A stretch of DNA of 64,000 nucleotides from Bacteroidia bacterium (GCA_002749065.1 PDTX01000005.1:19160-83159); one strand, 5' to 3'; shown: positions 28,633 through 39,232, counted from the first letter of the stretch. A program made the numbers and translations. The notes: generated from the sequence alone by a model not told the origin.

Positions 28633-29628
28633 CTAGAACGGTGGACAGATAATGGCCTTGTAGCGCCGACGGGGCTGCGCCCGCGGAGTCTCGTAGGTGA
28701 ACGATATCTCGTGCGACCCCCCGCTCGCTGGGCCGAGCTTCGACACCGTCATGTCGTAGCTGTAGGCCAGCTGTATCTTGGCGAAACGGAGGCCCGCCAT
28801 TATCGCAATCGCATCGCTCCCGAAGTAGTTCTTCACCAGGGGTATACCGCGGTACCACACGCCCAGCAGCAGGGGGTACATGAACCAGTAGCCCCCGAGC
28901 TCAGCCTGGCTGAAGCGCCCCTGGAAGCGGACGTTCGAGGCCACCGTTATGCTCTGGTCAACCCCGCGCCGGTACGAGCTCCTCAGCACGAAGCGGTAGC
29001 CACCGTGCACAGTCCATTTCCAGGGCGTGCGGTAGTCCTGCCCAAAGAAGGAGTCCTTCGGCTTCAGCATGTGGTCCCAGCTGGCACCCACCCATGCATC
29101 GGCCGTATGGAACAGGACCGATGAGGAGGCGTCAACGCCGTAGTCGCTATTCTTACCCGGGTGCGATACGCTGCTCGGGTTAATCTCAGATCCGCCCGAG
29201 AGCTGGTCGCCCCAGATGAGCTTGGAGTAGTTCAAGCTACGCTGCTGGAAGTACACCCCCAGCCCCGGCCGGAAGCTCCAGGTCGAGGTCATCGGAACGG
29301 AGAAGGAGTAGACCACCCCACCCCGCACTGTACCCAGAAGACCATCGCCCGCCAGGTCGCCCAACACGAATACACCAAAGCCGCTACGGAGCGATGGCAC
29401 ATTGATGTCGTAGCTCGCAGAAAGCGTGCGGAACAAGTTGGGCACAGCCGCCCACTGGTCACGATAGCTCATCACGAAGCGATGGCCCTGGCTTGCCCCC
29501 GCATAGCTGGGGGACATGTAGAGCGGATTCGCAAAGAACTGCGTGAACTGCGGATCCTGAGCACTAACGCGGCTAAAAACACCGCCAAACAATACGACTA
29601 ACAACGAGACACCTAAAAATCTACGCAT
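28633..29628 (-). CDS. PorP/SprF family T9SS-associated outer-membrane protein
   Basis: Signal peptide, then AQDPQFTQFFANPLYMSPSYAG, the hallmark N-terminus of the PorP/SprF family. Beta-barrel-like alternation and a C-terminal aromatic residue. Directly downstream of a type-B CTD cargo gene. Confidence 0.85.
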   Translation of the reverse strand: MRRFLGVSLLVVLFGGVFSRVSAQDPQFTQFFANPLYMSPSYAGASQGHRFVMSYRDQWAAVPNLFRTLSASYDINVPSLRSGFGVFVLGDLAGDGLLGTVRGGVVYSFSVPMTSTWSFRPGLGVYFQQRSLNYSKLIWGDQLSGGSEINPSSVSHPGKNSDYGVDASSSVLFHTADAWVGASWDHMLKPKDSFFGQDYRTPWKWTVHGGYRFVLRSSYRRGVDQSITVASNVRFQGRFSQAELGGYWFMYPLLLGVWYRGIPLVKNYFGSDAIAIMAGLRFAKIQLAYSYDMTVSKLGPASGGSHEISFTYETPRAQPRRRYKAIICPPF

Positions 29629-32600
29629 TACCTCAACAACGTTACGTTACCCCTCTTATCAAATACTGTTCCATTGAAATAATGGCCCGTAGCACGCCAA
29701 GCGTAAACGCCCATCGCGCAACCACCACCCAACAACTTACGATTACGGGTTCCATCCCAGCCGCGCTTGATGTCGCGCGTCTCGAAGACCAGGCTACCCC
29801 AGCGGTCGAAAATCATCAGATGATAATCGCTGACACCGCGGTAGTCGGGATAGAAGATCGTGGTGTACTCCTCCGGGCTCAGGTCGCCGTAGTACCCGTC
29901 GTTCTTCCCGCTGAGCGGCGGGCTGAACACGTTCGGGAAGCGGATCCACCCAGAGGGGAGAACCGTCACCGCCTTGGGCACGCGGAGCTCATCGGCGCAG
30001 CCCAGGCCCGACTCCACACGAAGCGTGATGTCGAACTCACCCGCCAAATCGTACTCCTTCACCGGCGACACCTCCTCGGAGGTCGTGCCATCCCCGAAGT
30101 CCCAGAGATACTTCACCCCATCACGTAGCGGCGAACCATCCCAATCCGTACTCCAGTTCTGGCCCTTCACCCGCGCCTTGGGAACCATCACCTGCTCGGG
30201 CGTCATCTCGAATTTCACCAGCGGCTTGCCGTGCGCAACGTACACGCCGTAGGCCTTCGACATGCCACCCTCACCACGGGCCGTAAGCGTCACCTGGTAA
30301 ACACCTGGGTCAACGTACGTATGGATGGGATCACGCTCTGTCGAGGTCTCCTTATCGCCGAAGTCCCACTCAAACTCCATGAACTCCTTCTCGGGCGTCT
30401 TGTTCTGGAAAACCACCTGGAAGGGAGCGCACGCCTCGGTCCGCTCAGAGGTGAACGCCGGCGTTGGAATCGGCGGCATGATGTAGGCAAAGTCCGTCTT
30501 GGTACCTTTGCACTCCGGATGCTGCTGATTGTAGGCCGAGAGCGATATCTTGTACGCGTAGTCCCAAGCACGGGGGGCAAACTGCTGGTACTCATAGGGC
30601 GAGGCGGTAGGCGACGGCCCGGCCGAAGTATTACCATCGCCGTAGTCCCAGGCGAACACCCAGTCGCTCGACATCGGGTCGGTCGTGTTGACCAGGTTCA
30701 CCTTCGAGTTTGGCCATACCTGCTTGTAGGGGCTCACCGTGAACTGCGGCACCGGGGTCGCATACACCTTCACAACCTTCGGAGAAGACTCGGCCTCGCA
30801 ACCCCGCGAGTTGCGCGCACGGAGCTTCACCGTGTACTCCTGGTCGGTAACCTCGCGGTTTACGTAGCGGTGGAAGCGCACCTCCTCACCCGAGGGCTTG
30901 ATCTCCACACCCGGGGGGTTGTCGCCGAAGTCCCAGTAAAACTCCACGGCCCCCCTCGCGTTGCTCTTGAACAGCGCATCGAATGGGCTACAGCCCTCCG
31001 TCTCGCCGGTCTCCTGGCCACGCTCATCCGTCCGCGAGAAGGTGAAGTCCACATTCAGACCCGGGAACACCGTTACGGTCGCCTTCTCCTGATCCTTACA
31101 GCCCTTCGGGTTGGTCGCCTTCAGCGTTATCACATAGGGCTTATCATCGGTCGAATTGTTGTTAAAGGTCTCGGTGTAGCTCTTCGGTACGGTCTCCGTT
31201 TCCACCCGGCCATTACCAAAGTCGATCTCGTAGGTCGTATTCGGTAAGCTAACGCTCTCGTTCTTAATCGTAGCAATCAGCGGGGCGCAGGCCGCCTGGT
31301 TCTTGCCAGTCGGGTCGCTGCTATCATGAACGACCAGCTTCGCTTGGGGCCGCGGATACACATCCACAGTCTGCTGTATAGAATCCGCGCAACCGTTCGA
31401 CGACACCACGCGGAGCCAGATGGCGTAGGTCTTATCCTCCGTGTGCGAGGGATTGGCCAGGAGGAACTCAGACTGCTGCCCAGACTTGGACTCCACGCCC
31501 TGCAGACGCCAGATGTACTGCGCCGGGCCGTCCGTCGATACCTGCGTATTCTGCCCATCCAGCGACACCTTGAGGGGATCGCAGCCCGGGTTGGGCGCAT
31601 CGAAGCGCGGGTTCGGCTTGGGGTAAATCGTGATGTCACGCTCCTGCACTAGCTTGCACTTGTTGGCTTCCGTCGGACGAGCTATCGAGGTCGTCAGCTT
31701 GACCTTGCCCGTCGCAGCCTGCGTAAAGGAGCTATTCAAAAAGGTCTGGGGATCGGGGTTGGCTACAGCGGCTAGGCCCGGGCCATTAACACCCGTAAAC
31801 TCCCACTCATACTTATAACCAGGGTTGTTCACCGTGGAGGAAGCACGTAGCACAAGCGGTGCGCAACCGGAAACCGCGCTGAGCTCCATCTGGTTGTTCA
31901 CCTTCGGGTACACCTCGAGCTTGAATTCGTCCTCATGAGTACATGTCCCATTCGAGGCCCGCAGCGCAACGCGGAACTGCTGCGGGGTGACACCCCCGCT
32001 GTTGTTGAAGAGTGTGGTCTTCAGCTCGTCTGCTGAGCCATAGACCTCCCCCCCTATGAGCCACACAATACCATTAGTCGCATTCGAGCTACTATGCTTC
32101 ATTGTGATCTCTTGCGGCGAGCACCCTATCCTATCACCCGTATATATAATCTTGGCTTCCAGCTTGGGGAGCAAACGTACGGACTTCTCTGTCTCATCGC
32201 GGCAGACCTCGCTGTTATAGGTCTTCTCCACCTGGAGCTTAATCTTGGCCTCAACTGATGCGTTTGTCGTATTCACCAGCTCGGGAAGCTCAAACTTATC
32301 CTTCTTGACGCTATGGGTCTCGGTGTGGGGGGTGACACCCGCACCCGAAACGGTCCAGACATACTTGCTCGCATTCGCCGACTGGTTCTCTATCTGCACC
32401 AGCGGTTTGTCCGGAGTACCCATCGGTGTGCAGAAGCTCGTCCCATTCAGGAACCTGAACGAGGCCCGGGCCTGCGGGTAAGCAGTCAGCACCACCTCCT
32501 TAGTCCTTCCTGTCGGACACTCACCATCACCATCACGTATGGCCGTCAGCTTGACCCTATAGATCTTGACCCCGTCTGTCTCATCGGAGTACCTATGCGA

Positions 32601-35600
32601 TACGCTACCGGTATGATTCGTCGACTCGCTGTTGCTCGAGTTGTCGCCCCACTCCCAGATGTAGCGCGTATTGCCGTCCGGCGAGCCGCTGGACTTATTC
32701 TCCAGTATCACATCGAAGGGGAGACAGGCCGCCGTCTTACCGAGCACGCCGTTGATCTTCACGTCAAAGTCCACCTTCACCTCCGGATTGATCGTGATGT
32801 CCTTGGACTTCGTATCCGCGCACGCAAAGGTGCTTGGAGAAGTAGTGACCTTGGTCGGGGTGTACTCCTGCTTAGCCGACAGCGTCACGGTGTAGCTCTG
32901 CGGCTGATTCGGGTCCGCATTGAAGAAATCCTGCGTGAAGTCCCCGAAATCCGATGCGCTCGGATTCGTCTGTATCCGTTCTTGCGGCGTCCCACCGTGT
33001 GTGTAGCCGAAATCATACTTATACTCGGTCTTCTGCGGCCCCAGCGCAGAGCTCGCCGTGTTGTACAGCCGCTCCTTCAGGCCGAACTTCACCTTGGCGG
33101 GATACTGACACGCATCGACCAAAGACATGTTGAAGTCCGCATTCACCGGCGGGTGCACCCGAATCTCCATCGGCTCGGAGACAACCCTACAGCCCGTACC
33201 CGGTTGCACGGTCGTCACCGTGAGCTTGAGCGCCATATCCTGCCCGGTGGTGTTGGTGAGGACCTTATCCACCAGACCTTGCTGCCCGCTGGTCGCCTCA
33301 TCCAGACCGGTCGCCCCCTCAAACTTCCACTCGTGCTGCAGCGGCGCGGCCGACGAGCCACCCGTTGTCAGGTTCTCCACGTTGATCTTGCCACCGGAGC
33401 AGAGCTGCGTCTTGCCCGGTACAATCGGGGGATTGATCCACTCTCCCTCGATAGTCCCCGGGTCACCCGGATTCTTGAGCTTGAACACCTGCTTCACCTC
33501 CGGGGCCACCTCTATCACGCCCAGATCCTTCTTCTCACCGGTACACGTTTTATCCTCGGGAGCCACACCCCAGATTACCCGCGGCCTGTACTCCACCTTG
33601 TACTTCACCACAGTGCCATCAGTGAGGCTATTGGTCAGCATAACCGTCTCCACATCGCTCTCCTTCCGGAAACCGAGCACAGAAGGACTAGCATTAGTCA
33701 TGGAGCCAACAACTACGTCAGTGGGGCCCTTGGGCGCTTGCGGCGTAAACGTCCATTCTTTCAAGAATTGCCGCTTATTATCGCCAGCACCGAAATCCGC
33801 ATTGGCCGCATTGCCGATCTTCACATTCAGCGGCGCACAGCCAGGCTGCCGCTGGAACGTAGCGAAGGGAACCGGCTGCGGGTATACCAACACCTTGATG
33901 CCCTCCACAAGCTTAGCCGTGGACAGGCAGCCATTGGTGCTCCTACCCTGCACGATCACCCTGTACTCCACTGGCTCAGGGGTCGAATTCACATACGTAT
34001 GCTCTAGCTCGTAGGAGTTAGGAGAGCCACTAACAGCAGAGCCCGTCTCGCCATTACCCCACTTGTCATATTGCTTCTCCAGGGAAGTGCCTCCCGAAAC
34101 ATCAAGATCTTTCGCCACCTCGAAGTAGAAGCTCACGCCACCATCGCAGTTCTGCACATTCGCCACAGCCTTAAGCATATCCCCGGAGCAGAGCCGCACC
34201 ACCTTGGGGTTCGCAGCCGGCCCTGCAGTCACCAGATTGTAGGTAGGGGGAGGGGTGGGGTTAGAGGGGGTGGGAGTTCCCGGAACTACTTCATAAACCT
34301 TCACATCATCAACGCTCTGTGTCGGCGGAACGGGTACCTCCAGCTCATCCGATATGTGCTTACAACCTGCGGCAGAAATTGCCGTCATATGCACCTTCGC
34401 AGTACCCGGCGTATCGTACTTCACCTCAAACCACTGCTGGTGAGGGATATTGGTGGAAGAGATCGGGGGAGTCGGGGCTGGATTTGGCTGGATAAAAGTG
34501 GGCACAGGTGTCCAGGTCCACGTCCTCGTAGAGCATCTCTGGTTGGTAGTAGCACCGAAGCACTGCGACACATCCTTGAACCTCACATGCAGCGGGTTGC
34601 ACTGGTTCACGATCTCCCGCTCGATCTTGGCATTCACCTCGGGGTAAACCGGTAGCATCAGCTGGGTCTCCTGCGAGCACCCAGACGCATTCGACCCCTC
34701 CAGCCGCAGCGTATACGTCCTAGTATCCTTGGTCTGGTTGCCCAGCACGTACTCGCTCGCGAACACACGGGTGAAGTTCGCCTGGTCATCCCGCTTTATG
34801 GAGAATTTGAAGTCCGTAGCACCCTCACCCCTGAAAGCTATCTTCACCGGGGCGCAGAGCGCATCATAGGCTGGCGCAGTGGTCTGGGGCCAAGCGATAC
34901 CTGCAAAAGGCGGCACTGGAGTTGTCGGAGGATCAGCCAATTTCCCTGCATCATCCCTCACATCGTGCCAGAGATGTATCTTCGGGTCCACATTCGGGTG
35001 GGTCACAATCAGCACCTCGTTCGAAGTCGCCAAGCAACCCTCATACCCTATCTTCAGGCGCAAGCGGGTCTGCGTTGGGCCGGCCGTCGTCGATTTCTGC
35101 TTGAATGTAAACTTCCTATCCTCCACAGGGCCCTTCTCCTCCAGCAGCTCAAAATTGGGAACAGCAGGGACGGGAGAAGGCGTACCCAGGGTAACATCAT
35201 GCCAGGTGGTGGGCCCACTGGCATCGGCTACCTGCCAGGTTAAGTTCCACGGGGCACGGGGGAAGGTTTTATTTTTAGCAAACTCCGAGGTCTCCAGCAC
35301 CTCGTAGGTCTGCTTGCCCGACGCATCTACCGGGCACTGCACCGGATTATCGACCTTGATGATCGACTTAATCTTCCCGCGCAGGCCAAACTCCTTGACC
35401 AGCTGCCGCGAGCAGGCCCCCGACGTGCCATACAGCGTCAGGATCACCCGAATCTGCTTCGTCACAATACCATCGTTCACAAACATGTGGTAGAACGCTA
35501 TCGGATCATTCGGGTTGATCTGCTTCTTGGATATCAGCTTGGTGGGCTGAGACCACGTCCACGTGCTCCGATTACCCACCTTGAGTGCCTCCTGGTAGGA

Positions 35601-38060
35601 CCACTCGTAGGAGGACACCTCCTCCACGCTATTCCCCACCTTCAGCCCGAAGCCCGCAGGTGTACAGAACTCCTGCTCCTCTAGCTTGCTAGAGGAATTA
35701 GTCGCTTTATTCGGAGGACAGGAGATATGCACCGATTCAGTGATATACGACCCGGGATCCTTACCCGTTGCATCCGTTATCGTCGGAGTCTCAAGCTCCG
35801 CGAACGGGGTGGGCAGCAGGTCCGGCCTCACCGTGTACTGGTCCGAGCAGGAGTTCGCAACATTCAGCGCGCCGTTCCCCGCCTTGAGGGTCACCGTAAT
35901 ATGTTGGTCCGTTTTCAGCTTACTCACCACGAGGTCCACAACACCGGCCTCTGGTGCCGTATGCGGATACCCCGCAGCAGGGGAGCCATCCATGGCTACG
36001 CTACTGTTCGAATCGTAGGTGTAGTAGTCCAGATCTGCGAAGTCAGAAGGAGGGGTGGTAGGAGTATACTTCTTGAATAGCCCGTTATTAGGTCCAGGCG
36101 GCAGGGTCGATACGGTGGGGGGCGATGTGCTCTCATCCACCAGCTTGATCTCCCAGGCCCTGTGGGTGGTGCCGGTGCTCTGAGTGGGGTCTAAGCGCAG
36201 AATGACAGGTAGGCACTGTGGCTGATTGGGCTTGTTCGACTTTATGTCCAGCTTCACCACGGCCTTCTTCTTGAGCCGGAAATATTCACCTGTACTACCT
36301 GTACTATATTCCGACTTGCACTCGCCCTGCTTGTTCCTCATCACGAGCTTTACAGGTACTTTTTTGAAGGGGTCGGTGAAAGTGCTCGGAAGGTCTATCG
36401 CCTCCTTGCGATTATTGGCATTCTCGAATTTCGCCTGCGAGGAGCCCGTTTTTCTTATCCCATTGACCTCCCACTCAAACTGGAATCGGCTTGCTTGTCC
36501 GGATGAAATTGTACCCGAAGGCTGGGGGGTGGAGTGGCTGAACACCTCCACTGTCTTCACCCTAGCCAACAGGTTCACCGGGCCGCATATCTCCTCAACA
36601 GGGCTAGGGCTGATCTTGCGCGCAGCGGGGATGGGAGGGGTCGGAGTGGTTTCATAGCTCTTGGGGCCATTCTCGTCGCCCGGTATGGGTACACCCTCAA
36701 TGAGCTCTATCAGCGGCGCCGCCCCATAGCCCGCCATCGCCTCCTGCACCTCCAGCGGCACCCTTATCTTCCCAGCGCACCCTTCATTCACGGCGGTAAT
36801 CCGCAGGGAATGCTTCACCGGCTCGCCCAATATATGCAACGGAGTACCTGAGGCGCGGAAATCCTTGTAGGGCAGGGTAAAAGACCCAGATACAAATTCC
36901 CCTGTCGAGATAGGATTGGTTTGTTCATTCTTTACCCCATAGGTACCCTCCCCCTCCCGCTCGAGCTCAAAGGTGACTTTCTTTGCGCCATTCACACCCC
37001 CTACCTTGAATTGCACATTCCGCTCGCCGCAGTAGGGTGTTTCTATAGGAGTTATCACCACCGGCCTCATTGGCTCCACCACCTTCACCTGCACCTTGGC
37101 ATCCTCCCGCAGGTCGCACATGCCCAGGCGCTTGACCCTTAGCTCAAAGTCATCCGTGAGGTCCTTGTAGGTGACGTAGCACGAGTCCACCGCGGCCGAG
37201 AGGCCCTGGGAGGGCTGCCACTCATAGGTGAACCAATCGCCGGTCGCACCAGCCCCAGTCAGGTAGGCTGAGAACTGCACCTCATCATTCCTACACAGGT
37301 TGACCTTGCCACTATGAAGCCCCACAAGATCTTTCAATCCAGGTCGCCCTTTCGAATCATCCTCCTCCAGGTTGATGAGCACCTCCTTCGGGAGAGCACC
37401 CTGATTGTCGTTATCGAATCTATAGCCCTGGGCATCATGGCCGTCCCAGCGAAACTGCGTGGTTACGCTCGGGGTGAAGGTAGAGCTATTCTGCCGCAGC
37501 ACGCCGACGTGGAACACGTTCCCCGTATTGATGAGCTGGTATGTAGCGTTGGCCTCCAGCCTGTCCTTCACGGTATTCAGCTTAACATCGAGGTAGACCC
37601 AGTTTGCCCCATGCGGAACGGACGCGGGTACGGGGACAAATTTTATGGGGCTCTGCTTGTTAAGCTCATTGCCGAGCAGGGCTTGGAGGTTCGAGCTGAT
37701 ATCGATGAACTTGGCTGTAGCGGGGTCAAACTTCCGGATCTTGAAGCCCCCCAACCCCTGCGACTCCGAGCCGGCCCACAGCACCACGCGGAGCCAAACA
37801 TGGTACTCGCCTCCACCCGTGGGATTGATCATGTCGCGGAATCTCCCTGTCACCTGCCGCTGGCCATTGCAGTCATCCTTGCCCTGACTCGAGACGAATA
37901 CCCCGTCGGCCAGGGCCGGGAAATTGCCCATAACCACTGGCGTTCCCACCCCAGCCTGAGCCCTGCCCATAAAGCCCGCGAGCAGCAGACAGAGCGCGAG
38001 CCCCATACGGGCGGCGCGGCCGCGAAACCGAAGTAAATATTGTGCCATCATACTATGCAT
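29628..38060 (-). CDS. SprB-like giant (2,810 aa) surface adhesin: PKD/Ig-like repeats plus gliding-motility-associated C-terminal domain (T9SS type B sorting domain)
   Basis: Signal peptide MGLALCLLLAGFMGRAQA. Roughly 20 two-cysteine modules (..GCAPL.V.F.N.S.. / Y.W.F). The last ones are canonical PKD (WDFGDGTTSEEVSPVKEY). C-terminus is FPNVFSPPLSGKNDGYYG...HLMIFDRWGSLVFET..GWDGT...GVYAW. Confidence 0.88.
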   Translation of the reverse strand: MHSMMAQYLLRFRGRAARMGLALCLLLAGFMGRAQAGVGTPVVMGNFPALADGVFVSSQGKDDCNGQRQVTGRFRDMINPTGGGEYHVWLRVVLWAGSESQGLGGFKIRKFDPATAKFIDISSNLQALLGNELNKQSPIKFVPVPASVPHGANWVYLDVKLNTVKDRLEANATYQLINTGNVFHVGVLRQNSSTFTPSVTTQFRWDGHDAQGYRFDNDNQGALPKEVLINLEEDDSKGRPGLKDLVGLHSGKVNLCRNDEVQFSAYLTGAGATGDWFTYEWQPSQGLSAAVDSCYVTYKDLTDDFELRVKRLGMCDLREDAKVQVKVVEPMRPVVITPIETPYCGERNVQFKVGGVNGAKKVTFELEREGEGTYGVKNEQTNPISTGEFVSGSFTLPYKDFRASGTPLHILGEPVKHSLRITAVNEGCAGKIRVPLEVQEAMAGYGAAPLIELIEGVPIPGDENGPKSYETTPTPPIPAARKISPSPVEEICGPVNLLARVKTVEVFSHSTPQPSGTISSGQASRFQFEWEVNGIRKTGSSQAKFENANNRKEAIDLPSTFTDPFKKVPVKLVMRNKQGECKSEYSTGSTGEYFRLKKKAVVKLDIKSNKPNQPQCLPVILRLDPTQSTGTTHRAWEIKLVDESTSPPTVSTLPPGPNNGLFKKYTPTTPPSDFADLDYYTYDSNSSVAMDGSPAAGYPHTAPEAGVVDLVVSKLKTDQHITVTLKAGNGALNVANSCSDQYTVRPDLLPTPFAELETPTITDATGKDPGSYITESVHISCPPNKATNSSSKLEEQEFCTPAGFGLKVGNSVEEVSSYEWSYQEALKVGNRSTWTWSQPTKLISKKQINPNDPIAFYHMFVNDGIVTKQIRVILTLYGTSGACSRQLVKEFGLRGKIKSIIKVDNPVQCPVDASGKQTYEVLETSEFAKNKTFPRAPWNLTWQVADASGPTTWHDVTLGTPSPVPAVPNFELLEEKGPVEDRKFTFKQKSTTAGPTQTRLRLKIGYEGCLATSNEVLIVTHPNVDPKIHLWHDVRDDAGKLADPPTTPVPPFAGIAWPQTTAPAYDALCAPVKIAFRGEGATDFKFSIKRDDQANFTRVFASEYVLGNQTKDTRTYTLRLEGSNASGCSQETQLMLPVYPEVNAKIEREIVNQCNPLHVRFKDVSQCFGATTNQRCSTRTWTWTPVPTFIQPNPAPTPPISSTNIPHQQWFEVKYDTPGTAKVHMTAISAAGCKHISDELEVPVPPTQSVDDVKVYEVVPGTPTPSNPTPPPTYNLVTAGPAANPKVVRLCSGDMLKAVANVQNCDGGVSFYFEVAKDLDVSGGTSLEKQYDKWGNGETGSAVSGSPNSYELEHTYVNSTPEPVEYRVIVQGRSTNGCLSTAKLVEGIKVLVYPQPVPFATFQRQPGCAPLNVKIGNAANADFGAGDNKRQFLKEWTFTPQAPKGPTDVVVGSMTNASPSVLGFRKESDVETVMLTNSLTDGTVVKYKVEYRPRVIWGVAPEDKTCTGEKKDLGVIEVAPEVKQVFKLKNPGDPGTIEGEWINPPIVPGKTQLCSGGKINVENLTTGGSSAAPLQHEWKFEGATGLDEATSGQQGLVDKVLTNTTGQDMALKLTVTTVQPGTGCRVVSEPMEIRVHPPVNADFNMSLVDACQYPAKVKFGLKERLYNTASSALGPQKTEYKYDFGYTHGGTPQERIQTNPSASDFGDFTQDFFNADPNQPQSYTVTLSAKQEYTPTKVTTSPSTFACADTKSKDITINPEVKVDFDVKINGVLGKTAACLPFDVILENKSSGSPDGNTRYIWEWGDNSSNSESTNHTGSVSHRYSDETDGVKIYRVKLTAIRDGDGECPTGRTKEVVLTAYPQARASFRFLNGTSFCTPMGTPDKPLVQIENQSANASKYVWTVSGAGVTPHTETHSVKKDKFELPELVNTTNASVEAKIKLQVEKTYNSEVCRDETEKSVRLLPKLEAKIIYTGDRIGCSPQEITMKHSSSNATNGIVWLIGGEVYGSADELKTTLFNNSGGVTPQQFRVALRASNGTCTHEDEFKLEVYPKVNNQMELSAVSGCAPLVLRASSTVNNPGYKYEWEFTGVNGPGLAAVANPDPQTFLNSSFTQAATGKVKLTTSIARPTEANKCKLVQERDITIYPKPNPRFDAPNPGCDPLKVSLDGQNTQVSTDGPAQYIWRLQGVESKSGQQSEFLLANPSHTEDKTYAIWLRVVSSNGCADSIQQTVDVYPRPQAKLVVHDSSDPTGKNQAACAPLIATIKNESVSLPNTTYEIDFGNGRVETETVPKSYTETFNNNSTDDKPYVITLKATNPKGCKDQEKATVTVFPGLNVDFTFSRTDERGQETGETEGCSPFDALFKSNARGAVEFYWDFGDNPPGVEIKPSGEEVRFHRYVNREVTDQEYTVKLRARNSRGCEAESSPKVVKVYATPVPQFTVSPYKQVWPNSKVNLVNTTDPMSSDWVFAWDYGDGNTSAGPSPTASPYEYQQFAPRAWDYAYKISLSAYNQQHPECKGTKTDFAYIMPPIPTPAFTSERTEACAPFQVVFQNKTPEKEFMEFEWDFGDKETSTERDPIHTYVDPGVYQVTLTARGEGGMSKAYGVYVAHGKPLVKFEMTPEQVMVPKARVKGQNWSTDWDGSPLRDGVKYLWDFGDGTTSEEVSPVKEYDLAGEFDITLRVESGLGCADELRVPKAVTVLPSGWIRFPNVFSPPLSGKNDGYYGDLSPEEYTTIFYPDYRGVSDYHLMIFDRWGSLVFETRDIKRGWDGTRNRKLLGGGCAMGVYAWRATGHYFNGTVFDKRGNVTLLR

Positions 38061-38116
38061 TCCTCATCGCTTTCGTTGAAGGGCGCGGAAAACCAATTGT
38101 ACATTCCTGCCCATCG

Positions 38117-38124
38117 CAAAGGTA
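38117..38124 (-). promoter_or_regulatory. Candidate -7 box TACCTTTG for the SprB-like gene
   Basis: Plus strand caaaggta, so minus strand TACCTTTG, about 57 nt upstream of the ATG at 38060. Motif match only. Confidence 0.4.
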
Positions 38125-38189
38125 CAACAAATTCGCCGCACGGACAAACCCCAGGCCCAGACATGCCCCATAATTTGACCAACGGCCGC

Positions 38190-39176
38190 TCACCGCGCAC
38201 GAACGCGCCACAGCTGGGGACCAACGTCGGCCAGGGCGAGCGCGCAGGCCGCCTCCACCACCACCGGGGTGCGCAGCACGAAGCTGGCATCGTGGCGACC
38301 AGCAACCCGCATGGGCGCCGGGCGACCGAGACCGAAGTCGAAGCTCAGCTGCTCCCGGGCTATGCTCGCGGCCGGACGGAAGGCCACGCGGAGCTCAAGG
38401 GGCATGCCGTTGCTCAGGCCGCCATTCACGCCACCGGCGTTGTTGCTGGCCAGATGGCCGGAGGCATCCACTATCCTGTCGTTGAAGGCCGAGCCGCGCA
38501 TGGCCGCGCCGCGGAAGCCCGCGCCGAACTCCACGCCCTTCACCCCAGGCACGGAGAAGAGCATGCTCGCCAGGCGCGACTCCAAGGAGCCGAAGAAGGG
38601 CTCGCCGACCCCCACGCCCAGCCCCTCAACCCGGCAGGAGACCACGCCACCGAGGGAGTCGCCCTCACGTAGGGCATCCTCCAGCAGGGTGGCATAGTCA
38701 CGACTTCCCCCAACTTCCTGAACCTCAGCCCGAATGCTCACGCCGTCCAGGAGGCGCTTGGCCACTACGCCCGCGCACACCAAGCCCACGGTCATACGCC
38801 CGGAGAACATGCCCCCGCCACGGAGGTCGGCGTAGCCCCCCCACTTCACGCTGGCCGGGTAGTCCGCATGGCCGGGCCGGGGCTGGCGCGCGAAATCCGC
38901 ATAGTCAGCGCTGCGCTGGGAAACGTTTATCACCTCGATGCACAATGGCCCGCCGGTGGTGAAGCCCTCGTGGAGGCCGCTCATGAAGCGGAGTTCGTCG
39001 TCCTCAACGCGGGTGGTCGTGCCGACAGCCCCCGGGCGACGACGGGCCAGGTCGGCCTCGAAGTCAGCCTCGAACAGTTGTATGCCCGCCGGGAGGCCGT
39101 CAAGCAGCACGCCGACCACAGCTCCGTGCGATGTGCCGAAGAGCGACACGCGCAGATGCTCTCCTATACTATTCAA
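38190..39176 (-). CDS. aroC: Chorismate synthase (short, 328 aa)
   Basis: LRVSLFGTSHGAVVGVLLDGLPAG, RPGHADY, GGGMFSGRMTVGLVCAGVV and GRHDASFV correspond to the three chorismate synthase signature regions. Confidence 0.85.
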   Translation of the reverse strand: MNSIGEHLRVSLFGTSHGAVVGVLLDGLPAGIQLFEADFEADLARRRPGAVGTTTRVEDDELRFMSGLHEGFTTGGPLCIEVINVSQRSADYADFARQPRPGHADYPASVKWGGYADLRGGGMFSGRMTVGLVCAGVVAKRLLDGVSIRAEVQEVGGSRDYATLLEDALREGDSLGGVVSCRVEGLGVGVGEPFFGSLESRLASMLFSVPGVKGVEFGAGFRGAAMRGSAFNDRIVDASGHLASNNAGGVNGGLSNGMPLELRVAFRPAASIAREQLSFDFGLGRPAPMRVAGRHDASFVLRTPVVVEAACALALADVGPQLWRVRAR

Positions 39177-39232
39177 ATGCTAGTCCGTGCATTAAATTCC
39201 ATAATTGGGCTTGCGAATCGAGAAAAAAAGAA

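Noticed and set aside
32313-34007. 564-aa plus-strand ORF, with many similar ORFs at 29682-38036 and 528-10567
   Set aside because: All are antisense or out of frame within the two giant minus-strand genes and have low-complexity R/L/H/P-rich translations. The minus-strand frames carry signal peptides, repeat modules and T9SS CTDs.
38190-39176. Chorismate synthase looks short (328 aa) and its second signature reads GGGMFSGRMT rather than GGGRSSARET
   Set aside because: On re-checking, the segment still fits the PROSITE-style pattern as I remember it ([GE]-x2-S-[AG]-R-x-[ST]...). The first signature (one substitution, GTSHG rather than G-[DES]-SHG) and the third region (RHDAS.., looser fit) are also present. 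It is probably a normal short-form AroC and not strong enough to flag.
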